Below the pieces are notes generated by a model. The model saw nothing but the letters and a program-made list of their open reading frames with translations. It was not told where the DNA came from and ran no database searches. The position numbers were made by a program, and so were the translations under genes. From Octopus sinensis (taxonomy: Eukaryota): a stretch of DNA of 6,023 nucleotides. Location: the NCBI RefSeq assembly GCF_006345805.1, contig NW_021829528.1, forward strand, positions 1-6,023, in the 5' to 3' direction. Below, one piece after another: positions 1-6,023 of this stretch (positions within the stretch are counted from its first letter, which is position 1; every line of letters begins with the position of its first letter).

Positions 1-72
1 TATATATATATAAATATATATATATTATATAAATATATATATATATGTATGTATGTATGTATATATATATAT
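1..72. repeat. (TA)n/(TATG)n microsatellite
   Basis: Direct reading: TA dinucleotide runs plus TATG units at 45-62. Confidence 0.95.
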
Positions 73-75
73 AAA

Positions 76-314
76 ATCAATAATAATCATGAATATTACA
101 ACTCTAATATTCTAATGTTGATTGTAATGAAAATGATGATGATAAATATACAAATGATGACATTGACGATAATAACGACATACAATATGCTGGTGAAAAC
201 AATTATAATAATGAGAATGATGATAAAAAAAAAAAGAGAGGAAAACGTTAATGATGACAATGATAGTCGTCATAACTATGATGCTGCTGTTGCTGATGAT
301 GATGATGATGATAA
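76..314. repeat. Decayed (AAT/GAT)n trinucleotide low-complexity tract
   Basis: Dense ATG/AAT/GAT triplets ending in pure (GAT)n at about 295-312; triplet phase shifts along the tract. Confidence 0.7.
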
Positions 315-466
315 TTCATATACTAATCAAGCAATCAACAGCAGCAACATCACAAGATTTTTGGCAATTATAACCTGGATGTTTTTGTCTCTTTTTCTTT
401 TACTTTTACTTTCACTTTGTTTGTTTGAGTACACACAGATTTACATGCATAAATATATACATTTTT

Positions 467-485
467 ACACACACACACACACATT

Positions 486-516
<31 letters not shown>
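467..516. repeat. Compound (CA)n-(CT)n microsatellite
   Basis: (AC)n at 467-483 followed by (CT)n at 487-516. Confidence 0.95.
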
Positions 517-596
517 GTAGTAAGAAATTTGCTTCCCAACCACATGATTCTGGGTTCAGTCCCACTGCGTGGAACCTTGGGCAGACGTCTTCTACT
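517..596 (+). mobile_element. SINE family A, 5' head fragment (B-box + CORE-like block)
   Basis: GTAGTAAGAAATTTGCTTCCCAACCACATGATTCTGGGTTCAGTCCCACTGCGTGGAACCTTGGGCAGACGTCTTCTACT aligns with the intact copy at about 4720-4800. Confidence 0.9.
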
Positions 597-645
597 CACC
601 AACTTCATTCACACTTATCACCTGAAGACTTTCAACCAATCTTAA

Positions 646-942
646 TCTTTTATTTGTTTCAGTCATTAGACTCTGACCAAGCTGGAGCACCACCTTGAGG
701 GCTTTTAGTCAAATTAATCAACCCCTGTACTTATTCTGCCAGTCTCTCTCGCCAAACTGCTAAGTTACTGGGGATGTAAACACACTATTATTGGTTGTCA
801 AGCAGTTGCGAGGGACAAACACAGGAACATAGAGACACACACACATATTATGGGCTTCTTTCTGTTTCCATCTACCAAGTCCACTTACTCTGTGGCTGTG
901 GTTGGGAAGCAAGCTTATAACGACACAGCCATGCCTGTGCCT
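646..942 (-). mobile_element. SINE family A, both ends present but with internal deletions
   Basis: The reverse complement starts AGGCACAGGCATGGCTGTGTCGTTATAAGCTTGCTTCCCAACCAC (head, 898-942). It resumes at AAGTGGACTTGGTAGATGGAAACAGAAAGAAGCC and ends GGTGCTCCAGCTTGGTCAGAGTCTAATGACTGAAACAAATAAAAGA, matching 4703-5100. The B-box/CORE segment is missing. Confidence 0.85.
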
Positions 943-1133
943 TGAATACATTGACACCATCTAGGTTTTATTCACTAAGATAAGTCAGTCTCTTTCTACT
1001 GGCTTTGGTCTGGAAGAAGAAGAGGCTGTGGTTATGATTTTCACAACCCTATCGACTGAAAATGACTGATATTTACTCACACATACAAACACTACATCCA
1101 TGGAGGACATTACAGATGGACCACGATTTTGTA

Positions 1134-1202
1134 TTGCTTTTTCTAACCACATGGTTACATGTTCAGTTTCAATGCATGGTATCATGGGCAAGTATCTTCT
1201 AC
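1134..1202 (+). mobile_element. SINE family A, diverged head fragment
   Basis: AACCACATGGTTACATGTTCAGTTTCAATGCATGGTATCATGGGCAAGTATCTTCTAC matches AACCACATGGTTCCGGGTTCAGTCCCACTGCCTGGCATCTTGGGCAAGTGTCTTCTGC at 4741-4798. Confidence 0.8.
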
Positions 1203-1218
1203 CAAATAGATATATATA

Positions 1219-1439
1219 TATCTGTTTCTTTATTACCCACAAGGGGCTAAACATAGAGGGGACAAACAAAGACAGACAAACGGATTAAGTCGATTACATC
1301 AACCCAGTGCATAACTGGTACTTAATTTATCAACCCCGAAAGGATGAAAGGCAAAGTCAACCTCGGCAGAATTTGAACTCAGAATACGGCTACACATTTC
1401 GCCCGGCGTGCTAACGGTTCTGCCAGCTCGCCGCCTTCG
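1219..1439 (-). mobile_element. SINE family B (tRNA-derived), near full length with a short internal deletion
   Basis: The element strand begins AGGCGGCGAGCTGGCAGAACCGTTAGC (A-box-like) and has B-box GAGTTCAAATTC (+ strand 1369-1380). It aligns with 3544-3707. Possible TSD AGATATATATA at 1208-1218 and 1440-1450 (low complexity, so uncertain). Confidence 0.9.
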
Positions 1440-1464
1440 AGATATATATAAATAGATATATATA

Positions 1465-1657
1465 TCATTATCATCATCACCATCATTTAACATCTATTTT
1501 CCATGCTGGCATGGGTTGGATGGCTAGACAGGAACTGGCAAGACCAGGGACTGCACCTGGTTCCATAGTCTATTTTGGCATGGTTTTTATGACTGGATGC
1601 CCTTCCTAATGCCAACCACTTTGCATGGCACCAACTGCAGTGCTTTTTACATGGCAC
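1465..1657 (-). mobile_element. SINE-like family C, 3' part with (GAT)n tail
   Basis: The element strand reads GGTTGGCATTAGGAAGGGCATCCAG...CCAACCCATGCCAGCATGGAAAATAGATGTTAAATGATGGTGATGATG. Its 3' end matches 5595-5649 on the + strand. From memory the AGGAAGGGCATCC motif resembles the Meta/MESC-type SINE domain; this is unverified. Confidence 0.8.
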
Positions 1658-1714
1658 TTTGGTTTAAGAATCTCAATTCTGTTGCAGTGGTGGATATATT
1701 TGCACATAGATGAA

Positions 1715-1861
1715 TGTATGTGTGTGTGTGCATGTGTGCGTACATGCATGTGTGTCTTTGTTTCTGTGTTGGTGAATTTATATTTAAAGAAATAAATACT
1801 TTCAAGGCAATGCCCCAACATGGCCGCAGTCCAATGATCGAAGCATGCAAAAGATAAAAGA
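1715..1861 (+). mobile_element. (TG)n tract plus SINE family A 3' tail fragment
   Basis: TTCAAGGCAATGCCCCAACATGGCCGCAGTCCAATGATCGAAGCATGCAAAAGATAAAAGA (1801-1861) matches the family A tail at 4250-4280 and 4631-4690. GTGTCTTTGTTTCTGTGTT at about 1752-1770 resembles 4091-4109. Confidence 0.75.
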
Positions 1862-1911
1862 TCACAGAATTTAAAGATGGAGTGAAAGGCAGATAGATAT
1901 ATCGACAAACC

Positions 1912-2160
1912 AATAGAGAGAATAAAAGAGAGGGACAGAGAGTGGAAAGGTAGTAGAGATAGAGGGAGTAAGAAAAGGGTGAAAGAGGGGGGCTATATAA
2001 GAGGGGGATGGGATGAGGGGAAATAAGAGTGAGTGGGAGGGGGAGAATGTGAGAGATAGAAAACCAGGAAATTATAGTGAAAGAGAATAAGTGTGAGGGA
2101 ATGTGTAAGAAAGTGAGAAGAAGGAGGAGGAGGAGGAAAGATAGAGGAGGTGGGGTGAAA
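1912..2160 (+). repeat. Polypurine (GA/G-rich) low-complexity tract
   Basis: The + strand is almost entirely A/G, with several G-runs and (GGA)n at about 2122-2136. Confidence 0.85.
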
Positions 2161-2273
2161 CGAATGATTGGTGGATTGGTGAATAAATCACGGAATGATT
2201 ATCCCACACTTTATTAACATTTATTCAAGATGAGAAACCATCCAAATCAGCATTAATATGATGAAATCTTAGC

Positions 2274-2712
2274 GTGTATGTGCACACACACACTTACACA
2301 CACACACACTTACACACACACAAACACACATTTACACACACACAAACACACAAACATACTTACACACACACAACACATTTACACACACTTGTATATTGTG
2401 TATGTGTATGTGTATAAATGCACATAGATATATGCATACATACATAGATACATATACACACGAAAACATACATATAAGTGCATATACATACATACACATA
2501 TATACATCCACACACACACGCACAGTGTGTATGTACATGTGTGTGCGTTTACACACATACATATGTATGTATGTATGTGCATATTTTCTTATACACACAC
2601 ACACTCACACACACACAGACACACACACAACACACACACACCACACACACACATATATATATATATAGAGAGAGAGAGAGACACACACACATTTATATAT
2701 ATTTATGTATGT
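2274..2712. repeat. About 440-bp compound (CA)n/(TG)n/(TACA)n/(TA)n/(GA)n microsatellite
   Basis: Direct reading: blocks of CA and TG repeats alternate in orientation. Confidence 0.95.
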
Positions 2713-2885
2713 GTTCTTTTTTCTTCCTTCAAAAGATGGTAGGTGGAAGGTGAATCAGAGACCCAATTCTGACAAACAAACCATTTTAAAATACCAAATT
2801 ATGCCATCCAACCTACAATTTTCAGGGCCACCACCATCAAGCACATGCTATCATTGCCACACACCATTAAAATTCAAACACTTAC

Positions 2886-3014
2886 AGATAGATAGACTGA
2901 TTGACAGAGAAGGAGACAAACAGACAGAGAGAGAAAGATGGAAAGAGAGAGAGAGAGAGAGCGAGAGAAAATTACTTCACGATAAAATTCACTACCACCA
3001 CCATCACCATCACC
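2886..3014. repeat. (GATA)/(GA)n tract and (CAC/CAT)n tract
   Basis: GA-rich at 2886-2968 and CAC/CAT triplets at 2992-3014. Confidence 0.85.
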
Positions 3015-3366
3015 AAAACAAAAAATATTACAAGCGTATATAGGGGAAAATCACATTTGCCTCAATTACAGCTTATTAAGACCATCGTTAAGACATTGAT
3101 GTATTATGTCAACATATTAGCTTAATGAATCTTTCAATTTAGATTTTGTTTTGGAATCAAAGGATGAACAGCAGCAATGCAACAAAACAACCACAATTTT
3201 ATTCATGCTTTTTGTTATTTTTTGGGGTTTTTTTCATTATTGTTTTTACTTTTATTCATGCAGTTTGGGGAACAGGGAATGGAGGGTGCGTGGTGTCCAA
3301 AATTTTGGGAAATAATTATTCCACACTGAGAACAATAAATCAATATTATTAATAATTGTTTTTAAT

Positions 3367-3770
3367 TTCAGCAGAAAGCCAGAAATTTTGAGAGGAGGGG
3401 GGAAATTTTAGTCGATTAAATCGGTCCCCAGTAGTTGACTGGTACTTTATTCTATCAACTTCAATTAAAGATGAAAAGCAAAACTTATCTCAGCAAGATT
3501 TGAAGATTTGAATTCAGAGAGTCAGAACCCATAATTAAATACCTATTTCTTTACTACCCATAAGGGGCTAAACACAGAGAGGACAAACAAGGACAGACAG
3601 GCGGATTAAGTCGATTACATCGACCCCAGTGCGTAACTGGCACTTATTTAATCGACCCCGAAAGGATGAAAGGCAAAGTCGACCTCGGCGGAATTCGAAC
3701 TCAGAACGTAATGGCAGACCACAGAGCAGTTTGTCCAAAGTCCTAAATGACTCTGCCAATCCACCACCCT
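3367..3770 (-). mobile_element. Old, diverged SINE family B copy, interrupted by a younger family B copy
   Basis: 3407-3543 (TTTAGTCGATTAAATCGGTCCCCAGTAGTTGACTGGTACTTTATTCTATCAAC...AAGATGAAAAGCAAA...GAATTCAGA...AAATACC) aligns with 1285-1387. 3721-3770 (ACAGAGCAGTTTGTCC...CTCTGCCAATCCACCACC) aligns with 1388-1436. The 3367-3406 extension as a variant tail is lower confidence. Confidence 0.7.
3544..3719 (-). mobile_element. Young SINE family B copy, 5'-truncated
   Basis: Close match to 1222-1384, with CpGs retained. It has a canonical B-box GAGTTCGAATTC (+ strand 3691-3702) but lacks its own A-box head. Confidence 0.92.
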
Positions 3771-3812
3771 TATCCCCATCTCCATCCAAGCCCCTGTGGC
3801 TAAAAAAAGAAA

Positions 3813-3858
3813 TCATTATTATTATTATTATTATTATCATTATTATCATTATTATATG

Positions 3859-3890
<32 letters not shown>

Positions 3891-3898
3891 CATTATTA
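3813..3898. repeat. (ATT)n microsatellite
   Basis: Near-pure ATT/ATC triplets. Confidence 0.97.
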
Positions 3899-3901
3899 CT
3901 A

Positions 3902-4039
3902 GATGCAAGCATGGTGCTATGTAGTAAGAAATTTTCTTCCCAACAACATGGTTCTGGGTTCAGTTTCACTGCATGGCACCTTGGGCAAGTGTCTTTAACT
4001 AATGAAAACTTTGTGGGCAGAAACTAAAAGAAGGCCTGT

Positions 4040-4083
<44 letters not shown>

Positions 4084-4309
4084 TGTGTGTGTGTCTTTGT
4101 GCCTGTGTTAGTCCCCCACCACCGCTTAACAACCAGTGCCGGTTTGCTAATGCTCCACAACCTAGCAATTCAGCAAAAGAAACTGATAGAATAAGTACCA
4201 GGCTTAAAAAGGAAAAGTACTAGGGTTGATTCATTTGACTAAAACTTCTTCGAGGCAATGCCCCAGCATGGCCACAGTCTGAATGCTAAAGAGTTAAACA
4301 TAAGCAAAG
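3902..4309 (+). mobile_element. SINE family A copy A1 (most diverged; expanded internal (GT)n at 4042-4094)
   Basis: Colinear with 4703-5103: head GATGCAAGCATGG, GGTTCTGGGTTCAG, CCTTGGGCAAGTGTC, GATAGAATAAGTACC, CCCCAGCATGGCCACAGTC. There are internal deletions around 3996-4020. Confidence 0.88.
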
Positions 4310-4313
4310 TATA

Positions 4314-4690
4314 GGAACAGGAGCAGCTGTGTGGTAAGAAGCTTGCTTCCAGACCACATTGTTCTGGGTTCAGTGCCACTATGTGGCACCTTGGGCAAGT
4401 GTCTTCTACTGTAGCCTTGAGCTGACCAAAGCCTTGTGAGTGGATTTGGTGGTAGATGGAAACTGAAAGAAGCACGACGTATAAGTGTGTGTGTGTTTGT
4501 CCCGGCCACCATCACTTGACAACCAATGTGTATTTATGTCCCCGTAACTTACCGGTTTGGCAAAAGAGACTAATAGAATAAGTACTTTAAAAAACTAAGT
4601 CCTGGGGTCAATTTGTTCAACTAAAACCTTTCAAGGTGGTGCCCCATCACGGCAGTAGTCAAATGACTGAAACAATTAAAATAATAAAAG
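4314..4690 (+). mobile_element. SINE family A copy A2, full length
   Basis: Colinear with 4703-5103 from GGAACAGGAGCAGCTGTGTGGTAAG to AAATGACTGAAACAATTAAAATAATAAAAG. Confidence 0.93.
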
Positions 4691-4702
4691 AATATATACA
4701 TA

Positions 4703-5103
4703 GGCGCAGGAGTGGCTGTGTGGTAAGTAGCTTGCTAACCAACCACATGGTTCCGGGTTCAGTCCCACTGCCTGGCATCTTGGGCAAGTGTCTTCTGCTA
4801 TAGCCCTGGGCCGACCAAAACCTTGTGAGTGGATTTGGTAGATGGAAACTGAAAGAAGCCTGTCGTATATATGTATATATATATATGTGTGTGTGTGTTT
4901 GTCCCCCTAGCATTGCTTGACAACCAATGCTGGTGTGTTCACGTCCCCATAACTTAGCGGTTCAGCAAAAGAGACTGATAGAATAAGTACAGGGCTTACA
5001 AAAGAATAAGTCGCGGGGTCGATTTGCTCGACTAAAGGCGGTGCTCCAGCATGGCCACAGTCAAATGACTGAAACAAGTAAAAGAGTAAAAGAGAGTAAA
5101 GAG
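4703..5103 (+). mobile_element. SINE family A copy A3, full length, young, with 10-bp TSD (probably an OR2-like octopus CORE-SINE)
   Basis: It has a tRNA-like head with A- and B-boxes, CTTGGGCAAGT at 4779-4789 (resembles the MIR CORE CCTTGGGCAAGT) and a (GAGTAAAA)-type tail. The TSD TATATACATA lies at 4693-4702 and 5104-5113. The family name is from recall and has not been searched. Confidence 0.93.
4713..4766 (+). promoter_or_regulatory. Internal RNA polymerase III type-2 promoter (A-box/B-box) of SINE A3
   Basis: A-box-like TGGCTGTGTGG at 4713-4723 and B-box-like GGTTCAGTCCC at 4756-4766, with tRNA-like spacing. Confidence 0.7.
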
Positions 5104-5105
5104 TA

Positions 5106-5342
5106 TATACATATACAAAATTTAGAGGAATGACCACTAATAGTGGACAGCCTGTGTGCTAGATATAGAAGTCAAACTCACCATTTACCACAAAGAATGT
5201 GTTCTCAAGAAAAAATTCATTGGTTTTTGCTGAATATTTTCTTGAGAATACATTCTTCGTTGTAAATGGTGTGTTTGACGTCTATATCTAGCATACAGGC
5301 TGTCCACTATTAGTGGTCATTCCTCTAAATTTTGCATGTATA
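5106..5342. mobile_element. Foldback / MITE-like element with about 104-bp arms
   Basis: 5116-5219 pairs with 5231-5334 (7 mismatches in 104 bp; 11-nt loop at 5220-5230). After a 2-nt bulge, TATACAT at 5106-5112 pairs with ATGTATA at 5336-5342. The ends are TA-flanked and there is no ORF. Confidence 0.75.
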
Positions 5343-5434
5343 AAATTTTTAATCTTCGATTTTAAAAAAAATATGCTAGGCCACTGGTTTTAATTGATTA
5401 GTATCAATTTCTACCCTTATTTAATTTTATATAT

Positions 5435-5566
5435 ATGGTGAGTTTGACTTCTATATCTAGCACACAGGCTGTCCACTATTAGTGGTCATTCCTCTAAATT
5501 TTGTATATGTATATACTCTTTACTCTCTTTTACTCTTTTACTTGTTTCAGTCATTTGACTGTGGCC
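5435..5566 (-). repeat. Perfect 132-bp inverted duplicate of 5053-5184
   Basis: A base-by-base reverse complement of 5435-5566 equals 5053-5184 with no mismatch. It includes the A3 tail, the TSD and the foldback left arm. Confidence 0.97.
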
Positions 5567-5649
5567 GGGCTCCCCAGACCCCAGTTGAACCGTCCAACCC
5601 ATGCTAGCATGGAAAGCGGACGTTAAATGATGATGATGATGATGATGAT
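5567..5649 (+). mobile_element. SINE-like family C, 5'-truncated 3' end with (GAT)n tail
   Basis: CCAACCCATGCTAGCATGGAAAGCGGACGTTAAATGATGATG matches the reverse complement of 1480-1520. Confidence 0.85.
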
Positions 5650-5948
5650 ATATATAATATATTATATACGCGAGAAAGAAGCAACAAGAATGGATAGGTT
5701 TTTAGTACGATCGTTTCATACAAGGACAGGTTTATAAAAATTGCAAAGATTACAGCATATAACGAGTCCCGTACTCATCAGCTAAAATACATGTAAGTTC
5801 TCTAGACATCCTAGTGTTTGAGGCTATACTCATGAAGTAATGTAGATAATTAAACAGATTTCTAAAATTCATTAAAGTTCTTTAAAGATGATGTACAGTC
5901 TTATCACAGAATTTTAAAAAAGTTTTGATAGCATCACAGAGAAGGTGA

Positions 5949-6023
5949 CCTAATCCATATGAATTTCCATAGATATGATATGAATTTCCCTCATCATATC
6001 TATGGAAATTCATCTGGATTAGG
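5949..6023. repeat. Inverted repeat / foldback centre, truncated by the window end
   Basis: 5949-5979 pairs with 5993-6023 (30/31 bp; 13-nt loop), and pairing continues to the last base of the window. Confidence 0.92.

Noticed and set aside
49-645. 198-aa ORF on the + strand
   Set aside because: It is built from TA/ATG/CA/CT microsatellites and a SINE head (poly-M/I, poly-D, HT and SL runs). It has no domain-like sequence, and stop avoidance is explained by repeat composition.
2332-3043. Cluster of His/Thr/Cys/Val-rich ORFs on both strands
   Set aside because: These are translations of (CA)n/(TG)n/(GA)n repeats, not genuine metal-binding proteins.
3355-3374. Splice-acceptor-like TTTTTAATTTCAG/CAG
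   Set aside because: No credible exon or donor follows; the downstream sequence is a decayed SINE.
4703-4775. Possible tRNA gene
   Set aside because: A/B boxes are present, but the sequence continues into a SINE body and I could not build a cloverleaf with a proper acceptor stem; it is a tRNA-derived SINE head.
3902-5103. Roughly 400-bp periodicity resembling a satellite or CRISPR-like array
   Set aside because: The units are diverged SINE copies of different subtypes with no unique spacers and no cas genes; the context is eukaryotic.
3568-5137. ORFs with similar peptides (e.g. RQASFSFHLPNPLTR, LNPEPC) on the minus strand
   Set aside because: The similarity comes from antisense translation of homologous SINE copies, not from a paralogous gene family.
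5651-5668. 18-bp perfect palindrome TATATAATATATTATATA
   Set aside because: It is AT-only and lies within a TA microsatellite, so it is expected by chance.

Overview
Non-coding, AT-rich, repeat-saturated animal genomic DNA, most likely from an Octopus species. This is inferred from recognisable octopus-type tRNA-derived SINEs plus a very high microsatellite load, and is not proven. No credible protein-coding gene is present: the listed ORFs fall in microsatellites, low-complexity DNA or SINE bodies. Three SINE-like families can be told apart by self-comparison. Family A has a tRNA head, a CTTGGGCAAGT CORE-like block, an internal (GT)n and a GAGTAAAA tail; there are 7 copies or fragments, including three head-to-tail at 3902-5103. 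Family B has a tRNA head and a GCCTTTCATCCTTTCGGGGTCGAT block; there are 3 copies, one nested inside another. Family C has an AGGAAGGGCATCCAG block and a (GAT)n tail; there are 2 fragments. The most unusual region is 5053-5566, a three-armed inverted-repeat structure. It consists of a 104-bp foldback (7 mismatches) whose left arm, together with the tail and TSD of the adjacent young SINE, has been copied as a perfect 132-bp inverted duplicate fused to a family C tail. A second foldback is centred at about 5986 and runs off the window end.
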